DNA of 63,706 nucleotides, filler included, from Octopus bimaculoides (Eukaryota): the NCBI RefSeq assembly GCF_001194135.2. It is 7 parts of 5 records of this genome, joined end to end, with 100 filler letters (N's around TTAATTAATTAA, not from the genome) between each part and the next. Parts side by side here need not be neighbours in the genome. Positions count along the whole stretch, not along the records: positions 20,801 to 29,781 come from NC_068984.1; positions 29,882 to 51,385 come from NC_068981.1; 5 more parts are not named here. The stretch is one strand, 5' to 3'. Both the position numbers and the translations under genes were made by a program. Positions 25,341-39,109 of the stretch are shown piece by piece. The notes under the pieces are model-generated. The model did no database searches and was not told the DNA's origin. It worked only from the letters and a program-made list of their open reading frames with translations. Position 1 is the first letter of the stretch; the number at the start of each line of letters is the position of its first letter.

Positions 25341-25868
25341 CGAATACAACATTTTTTATCTGTTCTATAACACAAAATATACAAGTATTCGAAGTTTGAA
25401 AGTGTTTCGGTACCAAAAACACTACATAAAAAAATGTTGCCCGTCAAATCATAAAGATCCGACAGAGACAGAGATAGAGATTGAGGAACTAACTTGTAAG
25501 AATATGTAAAATAAGACAGACTACNNNNNNNNNNNNNNNNNNNNNNNNNNNNNNNNNNNNNNNNNNNNNNNNNNNNNNNNNNNNNNNNNNNNNNNNNNNN
25601 NNNNNNNNNNNNNNNNNNNNNNNNNNNNNNNNNNNNNNNNNNNNNNNNNNNNNNNNNNNNNNNNNNNNNNNNNNNNNNNNNNNNNNNNNNNNNNNNNNNN
25701 NNNNNNNNNNNNNNNNNNNNNNNNNNNNNNNNNNNNNNNNNNNNNNNNNNNNNNNNNNNNNNNNNNNNNNNNNNNNNNNNNNNNNNNNNNNNNNNNNNNN
25801 NNNNNNNNNNNNNNNNNNNNNNNNNNNNNNNNNNNNNNNNNNNNNNNNNNNNNNNNNNNNNNNNNNNN

Positions 25869-25900
<32 letters not shown>

Positions 25901-26289
25901 AATTTATACACACACACACACACACACACAGTATAGTTCAACTCTGTCTAATTACTGACGTTACAGAAACGACTACAATTTATGTAAATCAACAATTTTA
26001 AAAACAATTTTCGCGATGAAGGCAGGTAATGCCCTCACCCTTTCCAGGGCCTCGAATTTTGTAAGGGGTCAGGAGAAAGGTACCCTCAAACTGGAGACCT
26101 GGCCTCAACACTTGCAACAGAGTGAACTCTACTGAAGGAGACTAAGGTACCAGATAGTAGTGTTGACAGGCTAAGTCTATCAGCTAAGTAGGCCTTGACA
26201 GGATTTGAACTTACAATGCAAAGATCCAAAACGAATACTACAAAACATTCAGTCTCACATTCTTACAGGTCCATCACCTTGGATTGGTT

Positions 26290-26430
26290 CCATTTTTAAA
26301 AAATATTAACTCTGAAAGAATGAAAGGCAAAGTTGACCTTAGTCAGATTTGAACTCGGAGCATAGACAGCCAGAACAAATAGCACAAGATTTACTATCTG
26401 ATGCTTCAACGACTTTGCCACTTCGCTGCC
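26290..26430 (-). mobile_element. SINE family A, degraded partial copy
   Basis: GAATGAAAGGCAAAGTTGACCTTAGTCAGATTTGAACTCGGA. Confidence 0.65.
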
Positions 26431-26524
26431 ACCGTTACCGCCGTGGCAGGGTTAATAAGTGCCTTCAGTCGAGTTGCCAGCCATTGTTATCAAACTGATG
26501 AATATAAAGTATAAATAATCCCAA

Positions 26525-26830
26525 CCGGCCCTCCGTTGGTTACGACGATGATGAGGGTTCCAGTTGATCCGATCAACAGATTAACCTGCTCGTGAAATTA
26601 ACGCGAAAGTGGCTGAGTACACCACAGATACGCATACGCTTTGCGTTTTTCTCAGGGAGATCCAAAGTGACACAGAACGTGACAAATCTGGCCCCTTTGA
26701 AATACAGGTACTGTTCATTTTTGCCAGCTCAGTGGACTGGACTGGAGCAACGTGAAATTAAGTTTTGCCGAAGGACACAAAGCGTCGCTGGGAGTCGAAC
26801 TAACGACCTGGCGATCGTGAAGCCACACCT
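26525..26830 (-). mobile_element. tRNA-derived SINE with central domain and tail type X
   Basis: Central ATTTCACGTTGCTCCAGTCC..CTGAGCTGG plus the same tail as 15478-15650. Confidence 0.8.
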
Positions 26831-27140
26831 CTTCCCTGGTACAAATAAGGAATGAGAAATAGAATTAAAGGCAATCCTTCGGTATCGGCGCACGACTTCA
26901 TTCACTCACACAACCTTCCCGCCTGGCATAAAGAGGCTAGGCTGGGAAAGAGAGCGAATGAAGTTGTCACCTCATACCGACACTCTGTAGACCAATACCG
27001 AAGGTTCGCCAAAATAGAATTATAAATACAAAAATTGGTAAAGAAAACTGAAATATGCAGAAAAGAATGATGTCAAATCAAACTAATGAGTCTTAATTAG
27101 TTACGATAAGTTCCAGAGTTATGATTGATACAATTAAAAA

Positions 27141-28486
27141 TCTATATATATAAAAATGAGAATGTGTGTCTGTCTGTCTGTCTGTGTGAATCCCTAAAAC
27201 TCGAGAACTACGCAACTAATTTCATTCAAATTTTACACATGCCTTACTTAGGGTTCCAGTTGTGTTTTAGTCAAAAAAAAATTATTAACTTCTTGCAGAG
27301 TTCGAGCCCACGGCAACATAATATCTCCACTATTCAAGTATTACGTGTCAAAAGTGAAACAAAAACACTCATGTCAAATACTTTCACTNNNNNNNNNNNN
27401 NNNNNNNNNNNNNNNNNNNNNNNNNNNNNNNNNNNNNNNNNNNNNNNNNNNNNNNNNNNNNNNNNNNNNNNNNNNNNNNNNNNNNNNNNNNNNNNNNNNN
27501 NNNNNNNNNNNNNNNNNNNNNNNNNNNNNNNNNNNNNNNNNNNNNNNNNNNNNNNNNNNNNNNNNNNNNNNNNNNNNNNNNNNNNNNNNNNNNNNNNNNN
27601 NNNNNNNNNNNNNNNNNNNNNNNNNNNNNNNNNNNNNNNNNNNNNNNNNNNNNNNNNNNNNNNNNNNNNNNNNNNNNNNNNNNNNNNNNNNNNNNNNNNN
27701 NNNNNNNNNNNNNNNNNNNNNNNNNNNNNNNNNNNNNNNNNNNNNNNNNNNNNNNNNNNNNNNNNNNNNNNNNNNNNNNNNNNNNNNNNNNNNNNNNNNN
27801 NNNNNNNNNNNNNNNNNNNNNNNNNNNNNNNNNNNNNNNNNNNNNNNNNNNNNNNNNNNNNNNNNNNNNNNNNNNNNNNNNNNNNNNNNNNNNNNNNNNN
27901 NNNNNNNNNNNNNNNNNNNNNNNNNNNNNNNNNNNNNNNNNNNNNNNNNNNNNNNNNNNNNNNNNNNNNNNNNNNNNNNNNNNNNNNNNNNNNNNNNNNN
28001 NNNNNNNNNNNNNNNNNNNNNNNNNNNNNNNNNNNNNNNNNNNNNNNNNNNNNNNNNNNNNNNNNNNNNNNNNNNNNNNNNNNNNNNNNNNNNNNNNNNN
28101 NNNNNNNNNNNNNNNNNNNNNNNNNNNNNNNNNNNNNNNNNNNNNNNNNNNNNNNNNNNGTCAATTAAAAGAGACGCATCTTTGCCTCCACTGATTCACT
28201 TCCAAAGTGTTGAGTAAAATTATTTCGTTGCAGACCTCCTTTGGGTCTTTTTATTATCACTACGACACACATAGTCCCCAGTTGGTAACATTGATTTCAA
28301 GGCCCTCCTGGATGAGAGACTGGCATTCCACTTAATGTCTATGTTCCATGCTGGCATGGATTGGAGAGTTATTAATGTAGAAATATGGTATCGTAGCTAC
28401 TAACAGTTGAGGGTTGCGTAGTCTAGACGGCGTTTTTAGATTTCATTATTCTCTTTAACCCGGGCAAAGCCGGGTATTTCTGCTAG
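27141..28486 (+). mobile_element. Non-autonomous Helitron (internal part in gap)
   Basis: 5' A|TC at 27140/27141; 3' hairpin CCCGGGCAAAGCCGGG (28459-28474) then CTAG|T at 28486/28487; no TSD, as expected for Helitrons. Confidence 0.85.
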
Positions 28487-28916
28487 TTATATATAAAGAT
28501 GTCTGTCAAAACAATGAACAGATGCGAAACAGAAAAATATTGTAAAGATGTCTGTGAAAAGTAAATAAAAAACAAAAATTGGTAAATAAAGATCCTGACC
28601 TGAGGCAAACAACCCATTTGATGGTAAGTAAGGTAGTTCTTGCACACACTCTCCATCATGGTAGAGAAATCTACGTAGAAAATGTCTCAGACAACATTTA
28701 AATAAGTTGGGAATATGCAAGCAGAGAATACCGAAGGAAGATCGTGTAGATTTTATGGCAGAAGAGACGGAAGAATATGAGCGTGCCTCAGCAAGTCACT
28801 ATCTCTTGCATTAGAAGCATGGTTACACGATGTCAGCTTCGATGGGCTGGCCATTCGTGCAAATGGCGGACCATCAATCAGTTAATTCCCCCATCACCAC
28901 AACTGTTTTGTATACG

Positions 28917-29070
28917 TTCTGAGATCAAATTCAGCTGAGGTCGACTTTACCTCTCATCCTTTTCGGAGTCGATAAAATAAGTACCAGTTACGTACTGAAG
29001 TCGATGTAATCGACATAATCCCTATCCCAAAATTGCTGGCCTTCTGTCAAAATTTGGAATCAATAATTAT
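28917..29070 (+). mobile_element. SINE family A, 5'-truncated
   Basis: GTTCTGAGATCAAATTC..GGTCGACTTT..CATCCTTTCGGAGTCGATAAAATAAGTACCAG. Confidence 0.8.
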
Positions 29071-29388
29071 CCATAATGCGTTTCTTACACTGCAATAAAA
29101 CATGTTACATTGAATTAAAAAGTATACTATATATATATATATATGATTCAGAAAAAGTGTTTGTCGAGTAAAGGTTAATAAGAAAAGAAATAAGTGATAA
29201 GGGAACAAGGAATGATGTCATGAACTTCATTGGATTAACTTACAACCGAGTGCTTTGTGTATCACTCTATAGTTTCGTCGGAGCTTAAAAAATAAACCCA
29301 ATTTTATTTGGGAAGACAAGTTATACAGCTGTAAACTGATGAAGTTCATTACATCATGTCTTGTTTCCTTGTCCTTAATTTCTTGATA

Positions 29389-29722
29389 TGCTGAGACCCC
29401 CTTCGGTCATGAATGACCATGGGATTGCACCTAGAAAGTCACCCTTTCAGGCACAAGTCCGGGGAAGGTTGTTTATAGGAGACCAGCTGTCGCCCATGCA
29501 TACTGGCCTCCCCTCTCCACGCCACCGGTGTTATCCAAGGGATAGGCAAAAGGACCAATACAGCTTGGCACCTGTGATGTTGCAACTCATTCCTACAGCT
29601 GAGTGAACTGGAGCAATGTGAAATAAAGTGTCTTGCTCAAGAACACAACATGCAGCCCGATCTGGGATTCGAACTCACAACCTCACGATCGTAAGCTCTA
29701 ACCACTGAGCCATGCGCCTCCA
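29389..29722 (-). mobile_element. tRNA-derived SINE with central domain and tail type Y
   Basis: Head GTGGAGGCGCATGGCTCAGTGGTTAGAGC..GTTCGAATCCC; tail CTAGGTGCAATCCCATGGTCATTCATGACCGAA shared with 45641-45968. Confidence 0.85.
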
Positions 29723-32700
29723 CTTTTCTTGATATATATATATATATATATAGTTAAACTTCGTACATAGAATCGGCATATNNNNNNNNNNNNNNNNNNN
29801 NNNNNNNNNNNNNNNNNNNNNNNNNTTAATTAATTAANNNNNNNNNNNNNNNNNNNNNNNNNNNNNNNNNNNNNNNNNNNNTATATATATATATATATAT
29901 ATATATTTATAAATATATATATTTCTATATATATATACATATTTATAAATATATATGCATATATATATCTATGTGTGTGTGTGTGTGTATGTGTATGTGC
30001 GTGTGTGTGCATATATGACCGTCCTCTATTGAACAGAGTTCATTATGTCGAAAAGATAGGGTAACAATATACTATGATTAATGCATTCGACTAAAGTCCC
30101 ACCCTGAGCTCAGTCCAATAATCAAATTATGTAAAAATGTAAGATGCACCATATATTTATACACACACGCATAGATCCACGCATACACACAAGCATAGAC
30201 ATTAATGCATGCATACATGATTACACATACAAATATATATATATATACATCATATATATATGTATATCTTATATATATATATATATATGATGGCGAGTGA
30301 GAATATATAGGAAATGAATACATTAATCGCATCTTCATTTCATGATTAACATAACTAAATTGAAATCTTACATTAGGACAAAAGACACATTTAAACGAAA
30401 AGATATTATTAATGAGAACTATATAGGCGTATATTATCTTAAAAGCACACACAGGTTGTGGCATATTTGAAACCCAATAATTAAAACTCAAACACTGCAT
30501 AGGTCTACACACATATATTGACAAACGTGGGTGCATTGTTATGCATATTACCCACGTACGGACTTCTGTATTTCTCTCCTTTCCCTATATCTGTATGGTA
30601 GTTTGTCATATATGTTTTACTTACATACATACATACAAATATAATATAATATTATATATATATATATATNNNNNNNNNNNNNNNNNNNNNNNNNNNNNNN
30701 NNNNNNNNNNNNNNNNNNNNNNNNNNNNNNNNNNNNNNNNNNNNNNNNNNNNNNNNNNNNNNNNNNNNNNNNNNNNNNNNNNNNNNNNNNNNNNNNNNNN
30801 NNNNNNNNNNNNNNNNNNNNNNNNNNNNNNNNNNNNNNNNNNNNNNNNNNNNNNNNNNNNNNNNNNNNNNNNNNNNNNNNNNNNNNNNNNNNNNNNNNNN
30901 NNNNNNNNNNNNNNNNNNNNNNNNNNNNNNNNNNNNNNNNNNNNNNNNNNNNNNNNNNNNNNNNNNNNNNNNNNNNNNNNNNNNNNNNNNNNNNNNNNNN
31001 NNNNNNNNNNNNNNNNNNNNNNNNNNNNNNNNNNNNNNNNNNNNNNNNNNNNNNNNNNNNNNNNNNATATATATATTATACGTGTACATTATACGTTTTA
31101 CCAAAATATGGCCACACATTAATACATGGCATGTGTACACATTAATGAAAATTATCTTGGTCTATACCTATGATGTTAATGACCACTTACATGAAACGCT
31201 AAAAATTTTCATATCGTTATATCATATTCTTTAAAATGTTTAACGCCATCTCTCACTGTCTCTTTCATATATATATGTATATCAAAAGAGAGAGTGAGTG
31301 AGAGAGAGAGAGAGAAATGGAGAGTGCTGCACATATACCCACATATAACATTAAGCTTTTTATGGATTAATTACAACGCTATAGAAAACCTAACTGCATT
31401 CATAAATTACCTATTTTAAGAAAAACTAATTAAAACTTTAAAATCGCTTTGTCCAGCTTTGAATAGCATAAAAAGTGTCTTTTAATAGTTCTATAATATT
31501 GAGAAAAAGTGTATATATATATNNNNNNNNNNNNNNNNNNNNNNNNNNNNNNNNNNNNNNNNATATATGAGAAATTTTGTAAGCTTTTCACTCATCGTAA
31601 AGGAAAAATACTTAAAAGTTAACAATCTGTTAACGAAAACTTAAAACATTTAAACTTTTTTTTTCTTTTATAATTTTTTTGGTTTTGAAGATATGGTTGT
31701 CTCTTATATATTAAAATTTAGTGTTTCACTATCAGCTGAGCATGGTGCTATGTAAGTGTACGTTTGTGTACGTATTTTGAAAAATGTGTGGTGATGTGTC
31801 TCTATACAGTTTTGTGCATATCTTTCTGTGTATACATGCGTATATATACACAAACATGCATACACATACAAGATTATCTATATATGTGTGGATATACGCC
31901 TATGAGCACGAGCATATCATTCAAATATATGCAAATTGAATAACATACATCCGTGACGCACACTTTGAATTCTATACACGCAGATATAGTATTAATTTCA
32001 CAGAGCAAATGTATTCTCTTTGCTTTTAGTACGACTCGATATTTATTCCTACCCTTGTTCGAGTGTCCTAGAGTTCCGAAATATCTATGTATCGACTTGG
32101 ATTATTTCGGAGATCGAAATATGTGCTCGGTGATAAAGGGTGACCTAATCAATCATACAATTATGATAATGACTTCTAATATCACACACATACGCATACG
32201 CAAGCGCACGCACATACACACACATACTTTCCGGTTCAGGAATTAAAGTATGATTTTGAGTCGGACACCCTTAACCTTTACATAGTGTATATAGAGCTCA
32301 AACATGATTACCCTATCATCCAAGATGTCCCACTCAATGTACACAATCGTTTTTTTTTTTAATATCTGGAATCTAGAACACTATCCAACATTTACCCTTA
32401 TTTTCAAGACAATATTGTGTACGTCATTTGAAAATAATGTGGTTAATGTTTCTAGCACATTGATAGACTTAGTAGTTCGTTTAGTTCGTTTATTTTTTGA
32501 TTTTGATCAAGGGTGTGGGTTTAAATCAAAAGACAATAAGGAAAAGTAGAAAGAAAAGGTGAGATAAAGGGATAAAGGTGAGAGACAAAATGATTGGGTA
32601 AGAACTAATCAATCTGGAGCTCAACTTCTTTGTGCTTATTTCGTTCTTTATTTACTTACCACTGAGTCAGCTATTATCGAGCTCTCTTATAATAAAGGCT

Positions 32701-33074
32701 CCATCTAAATCATCCATGGTAATCTATATGTTTTAAGTCAGAATGTACAATCTAAAATAGATTTTGCTATTATTTCATATATGTCTATTGAGATTTCAGT
32801 TTTTGCTCGACAAATGCTCTACTTCTTAGTGTATGCAACCTGTAACGTTAATTTAGCATGTCGTACATATAGTTTTCATATTGAGTTGTAGATCAACGCT
32901 AAAGTCTTCTCTCAAACTCTTAAAAATATAAAAACGCAATTAATCTTGGTCCCTATCAGATGTGTTGGAGTCATTAATTCTGTTCTATAGTACTACTCAG
33001 TCAATTTGGTATCCAACAAAGGCTTCCAAGGCATGAGGATCAATTGTAAATGGGTTGAATTGATTTCTCGAGCT

Positions 33075-33405
33075 CAGGCGACGTGTCTCAACCAGGGCCC
33101 CTTTATTCCCTGAGGGTCTATATTAGATTTTGAGTGTCCACGCAACAAAATGATAAATTTGGGATCCACAACAGTATTTTAAGGACCACTGAAAAAAAAT
33201 AATTTTGCTCTAAATATATGTATTAGTGTGTATTGCAAGAAACAGGTTTCTTTCTCTATCATTTTACATAGTTCAACCTTCACAAGTGATTGTGTGAAAA
33301 ACAAAATAGGGATTAGTTTTTAAATATTAAACGGCTATGGGACCCCACCAGGCTAAAATAGTAGTCAAACGAAATCATAGATAAAAAATGATCGAGAACC
33401 CCTGG
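33075..33405. mobile_element. Degraded hAT (Charlie-like) MITE related to 12596-12833
   Basis: Right end GATCGAGAACCCCTG; subterminal GGCTATGGGACCCCACC resembles GGCTATGAGGGTCCACC; left end eroded. Confidence 0.5.
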
Positions 33406-33929
33406 TTTAGATACAAACGTAGCTCAGGGCAGCGTATATCCAGATTTGACGGAAACACTTTCCTTGACTATGTATGTGCACTGGTCATTTTAGACCAGAT
33501 ATACAAAGAAGAAACCAAAGAGAAGAGATAAAAGAATCGACAAGACTAGGCCAATCGATTTAGAGTGATTATGAGCGAAATATCAACAACAGAACAACGT
33601 CAGAAACAGCAACAAAGAGACTTCAACGCTATATTTGAAAGAAAATTAGAGATACAGAAACCAAATAATGCGTGAGAATTAAGACACGTTTATATTGCCG
33701 CAACTATGTAAGCTATGGAAATAAGTCACTGCTTTGCTCTAGGAAACCATTCCGAAAAATCAGACGAAAATATAGGAAAATAGATCTGACAAATCACAAA
33801 GCAAGCACAATTTCCAAACAGCCACTACAATAAAATAGAAAAAAAAATATCTAAAAGTTTTGCCTCCTCTGCTGTCCTTCGCAAAATCTGTGTTATACCT
33901 AAATATCCCAGATGTATATGTCCCATATT

Positions 33930-33979
<50 letters not shown>

Positions 33980-35375
33980 AACGCACGTAAGTACATGCAT
34001 ACCTACATTCATACATGGAAACATAAATACATGTATATGATTATTTTTATAAATAGATATATATTAGTGCACACATACGTGCACATATCTACGTACATGT
34101 ATGTATGTAAGCTTACATGCCTCTATGCATGTAGATAAGACTATGTATGTATATACATATATATNNNNNNNNNNNNNNNNNNNNNNNNNNNNNNNNNNNN
34201 NNNNNNNNNNNNNNNNNNNNNNNNNNNNNNNNNNNNNNNNNNNNNNNNNNNNNNNNNNNNNNNNNNNNNNNNNNNNNNNNNNNNNNNNNNNNNNNNNNNN
34301 NNNNNNNNNNNNNNNNNNNNNNNNNNNNNNNNNNNNNNNNNNNNNNNNNNNNNNNNNNNNNNNNNNNNNNNNNNNNNNNNNNNNNNNNNNNNNNNNNNNN
34401 NNNNNNNNNNNNNNNNNNNNNNNNNNNNNNNNNNNNNNNNNNNNNNNNNNNNNNNNNNNNNNNATATATATATATATATATAAGCCTACGTAGTTATCTC
34501 TTTGGAGGAATTTATTTCGACAAACTATGATAGATCGTTTCTGTCACTTATTTATCATAGTCGTCTTCGAAAACAAAAAAACATATACGAGAACTTAATG
34601 TTCTTTCATGATTTCTCTTCGCTAACCACGGTTCTAGCTGCTTTCATACATACATGTAAACACACACACACACACACACAGACATATATATATATATATA
34701 CACTCACACGTATACATATGCGCACACAGACATATACACGTACATATATCACTTATTGTAATATATCTTTCTTGCTAGGATAGTTTGTCATTGCATCGCT
34801 GATTTTTCTACTTCATATATCGGAGAAAGGAGAGATGAGTTTTGGTTATTAATAATAATTTTCTTTGTGACATCATTGAAGTTAACCTTTGTACATGCTA
34901 TAATATATCAAAACAGAGAGGTGTACTAAATCTAGCAGCTTTAACAAAAGAGTATCGGGAAATCAGAACAAATTACAAACATACATATTATGTTCATTTC
35001 CTACCATATTTGCTCTCAAATATACTTCCACAAAAGCAGTCGGCATAGCATGAAAGTAAGGGAGGAGAATGACACGAAACTAAGAAATTGGGAGATGATG
35101 GGGAGAAAATGAGGTTTATAAAATGGACAAAAAATTTGCTTTCATAGAAACAAAATAGATCTGTTGATATGAGGTTCAAACTGCGGAACTTTCTATCATA
35201 TCGTTAATTTTCATTGTTGATCTTTTACATCGATGTCTCTCCCTTTTCTATCTGATGTACAGGAAAAAGAAAGTATTTGAGAAGATAATTTATCTTTCTT
35301 TCTGAGTTAGATTCCTTCCTTTCTTCCTCTTTCTTTTTTTCAAGCTTTCCTCTCTCTTCCTATGTTAGAAATATT

Positions 35376-35435
35376 ATTGTTGTTGTTGTTGTTGTTCTTC
35401 TTCTTCTTCTTCTTCTTTTTCTTCTTCTTCTTCTT

Positions 35436-35523
<88 letters not shown>

Positions 35524-35525
35524 GT
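35376..35525. repeat. Compound (TTG)n(TTC)n(TTA)n microsatellite
   Basis: Seen directly. Confidence 0.95.
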
Positions 35526-35535
35526 ATTATGATTT

Positions 35536-35747
35536 AGGCGGTGAGTTGGCAGAATCGTTAGCATTCCAAACGAAATGCTTAGCGGTATTTTGTCTTTCGC
35601 TACGTTCCGAGCTCAAATTCTCCCGAAGTCGACTTTGCCTTTCATCCTTTTGGGATCGATAAATTAAGTACCAGTCAAGTACTGGGGTCGACGTGATCGA
35701 CTATCCCCTCCCCTCCAATTCCAGGCCTTGTGCCTATAGTATAAAGG

Positions 35748-35786
<39 letters not shown>

Positions 35787-36020
35787 GTTATTATTATTGA
35801 GGCGGTGAGCTGGCAGAATGGTTAGCATGCCGGGCGAAATGCTTAGTGGTATTTCGTCTCCTGTTACGTTCTGAGTTCAAGTTCCGCCGAGGTCGACTTT
35901 GCCTTTCATTCTTTCGGGGGTCGATAAATTAAGTACCAGTGTAACACTGAGTTCGATGTATTCGACTAGTCTCCTCTCCCAAATGTTCAGGTCTTATGCC
36001 TATAACAGAAAGGATTATTA
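35536..36020 (+). mobile_element. Two tandem full-length SINE A copies separated by (TTA)n
   Basis: 35536-35752 and 35799-36020, each ending AAGGATTATTATT. Confidence 0.9.
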
Positions 36021-36039
36021 TTATGATCATCATCATCAT

Positions 36040-36870
36040 TGTCTTTGCACAGCTTCTAACGCTGAAGATGTACTACAGTATCAGCAGTTCACTACCAGTG
36101 ATCTAAGGTAACACTTCTTATTTTTCGAGCACCTTCCAGAGTATTCGAGCGGTTCTAAGCAGTGCTGTTTTCTGCAAGTGTTCCACCCTTATTGCCGCCC
36201 CTATCTGTTCCATGTACTATTCGAGATTTTTGCTCACTGTTCCCAGGGCTCCGACAATTATTTGTACTACTGCTACGCTTTTCATCGACCACAACTGCTT
36301 AACTTCCCAAGCTAACCTGTCATATTTTTCAACTTTTCTTTCTTCCTTATCGCATACCTTGTTGTCAGCAGGGCATACTATATCTACGATCCAGTATAGT
36401 TTGTTTTCTTTCTCAATTAAGACAGTCTGGTTTCCTATTCTCTATCTCATGGTCGCACTGAATCAGAAAATCCCATAGGATCTTTGCATTTCTATTTTCG
36501 ATGATGCCTTCAGGGTTGTAGTCGTACCAATTTTTGTGCTGTCGAGTCCATGCTTGTTGTAAATGCACAAGCCTGGCTATATTGTCGTGGCGTCTCATAT
36601 ATTCATTCTGCGCTGGTGGCGTACATTGTCTGGTAATATTGCCATACGATTTCACCGTTTTGTCCACAAATTCTGCACTTATCAGTTTCTGCTGTGTTGT
36701 TTATTCTGCATTTTATGTAGTTTGTTCTTAGTGCTTGCTCTTGGGCAGCACATATTAGAGCCTATTTCCTGTTTCCGGTTTTAAATCACTTTTAGTCATC
36801 TTTTTTCTGTCTGTCTTATCTTCACCATCTCTATGAATTTGACCATGCATTCTTTTCTTTACTCACCTAT
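36040..36870 (-). mobile_element. R4/Dong-like non-LTR retrotransposon 3' part (CCHC finger and restriction-like endonuclease)
   Basis: Frameshifted AQEQALRTNYIK, CRICG, AQNEYMRRHDN, KILWDFLIQCDHEIENRKPD, TALLRTARIL; (AAT)-type repeats at both ends. Confidence 0.85.
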
Positions 36871-36913
36871 TTTCAGTTTCATTCGTTTATTATTATTATT
36901 ATTGTTATTATTA

Positions 36914-36951
<38 letters not shown>

Positions 36952-36974
36952 GTTGTTGTTGTTGTTGTTGTTGT

Positions 36975-37290
36975 TGCATCTATGCACTGGTAGAAAGGGA
37001 AAACTGAAATTTGGTTGGATCCTACTTACATATCTCTCTATATATTCACTTAAAGGAATCTGTTTGTATTGTGGGAACCGGATCTGCTCTTTATGTAGAG
37101 TGGTTCTCCATCTCAATATCATACTCATCTGTCCTATATAGTTATGTCCACAACCGGAGCAGGTTATTACACAAATTAGATTCTCAGATGCACATGTGAA
37201 GTTGGTTTTAATCGTGAACCTCTCCCCTTGTTTGAAAAGGAAATCCGAGCCATCGAGTAGGTTGGGGCATGTTCCACAGTTTGGGCGTCC
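36975..37290 (-). mobile_element. Penelope-like element GIY-YIG endonuclease fragment
   Basis: HGRPNCGTCPNL..FTIKTNFTCASENLICVITCSGCGHNYIGQ..LRWRTTLHKEQIR: GIY-YIG pattern with the Cys/His linker typical of PLEs. Confidence 0.85.
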
Positions 37291-37720
37291 ATGATTAGCG
37301 AAAGCAAAACCGGTTGAAAAAAAACATAATATAAAATATATCAAAGGGATTCCTAAGCCTAAAGCCCTTTTCAAATGTGTCAGGCGGTATGACGTCAGAC
37401 TCGCTGGAGATACGCCCAAAGACAATCACAAGTTGGAGATACTTGTTTTTTTTTTTAGGAAAGCCATGTCACATCTTACCGCCTTTGCAGTGTTCACAGA
37501 GCATTCAGAAGCAGTCATGATGATGGCGTTTTCATACCCAGCGCGAATCATCATGTTACAGGTAACTTTTTCCAATATTCAGATAGCTTTCACCTCCATA
37601 TCAGCTAAAAGTTTCTACAGTTCAAAGTTTAATGCTTATACTTCCAATGTTGGTGATTGTTCATCAATATATGAAAGAATGTAGACATAAACATCGCTAA
37701 ATTCAGGCAGAACACCCTGG

Positions 37721-37781
<61 letters not shown>

Positions 37782-39109
37782 AAGAATGTTGAGAAATTGA
37801 ATTATATATAATAATGTCTACAGGAAAAATGCCATCTCACATTCCAAAACATCACGCAAGCACATATGTGAATATATGTATGTATCGTGATAATAGTTTT
37901 TCAAATTGTTAACTACTTTGGTACTAGCCAAAACACATGTCAACTAAGAAATATATCCGAGTTTCCTTAAGAACGAAATTAAAGGCCATAAGCTGAAATT
38001 AGTGGTTACTCTTTACTATTCCGTGAAAAACGCAAAATCACGTAAACGGGGAAAGTAATAATACTAAGGATGCCTGCGTAGCATTTATATTTTGAAAAAA
38101 AAATGGAATAATTTGGAAATAACGGAGTTTTCTAATGTGATTTTCCTACTGCATTTATATCTGTATTTGATTTTACTATTGTGTGCATGATGATATTTAT
38201 ATAATACAGGTGGTAAATGGAAGAATGATACAAGCTTGAAGGATTAGAAATTAGAAATTTAAGGTTTCATTTATACATGCACATATCTGCTCGTTAATAA
38301 ATATTTGATTTCATGAAAAGCCTTTCCGTAACGCAGAATTCCGTAATTGTAAACTCGCTTGAATCCCTTGCTACCTGCTTTTTTAATGTGAAAATATGTT
38401 AGGTTCTAACCTCATTATAAAATTATAATTTTATGTAAGTTGCTTAAATGTAGATTTAATAACAGGATAATATGGACGTCTATAATAACTATTAATTGAT
38501 GTTATATAATTATATGAGGAGTGTCTCAACTTACATCTCTGTATGACTAGAAAACTTATACTTAGTCGCGTTATTGAGTGTAGTTTAATTACGTGAGGAA
38601 CGTCTCAAGTAGTAAGTGTTCATGATAAAGAGGTAGCTTTTAAATGTTTGGAAATGTGATCAGATGTGTGCCAGCGGTAATAGTGTGCACAAAAGGAAAA
38701 TATATTTGGGTTGCTGTGACAGAAGTACGTTGAAGAGAGTTTGGAAGAAGCTCAACTTGTGAAAGATTAGTAGCAACATATATTACTACGTTTACAGGAA
38801 ATTTTGGCGTAACATTCTGTAAGTGTTAGCTGGTTGGCTGGTTGGTTGGTAATTTCTAAGGGGCACTCAAAACATGAAACGGATGAGCAGAGTTTCGATT
38901 TAGCGTTTAATTGGACTGTCATTTACTTTATTTGCCTGATTCATATATAACTGAGGCGCACCTGGGCAGGGTTTCCATTCAAGAATATAACCAAACAGTA
39001 CTTCAAACAATACTTCGATGATTGCGAAACTATCAAAAGAAACCGAGTCATATAACGCTGTATGCAGATACATTTCTTGATCAAAAGAATGTATCATCTC
39101 GTACGTCAC

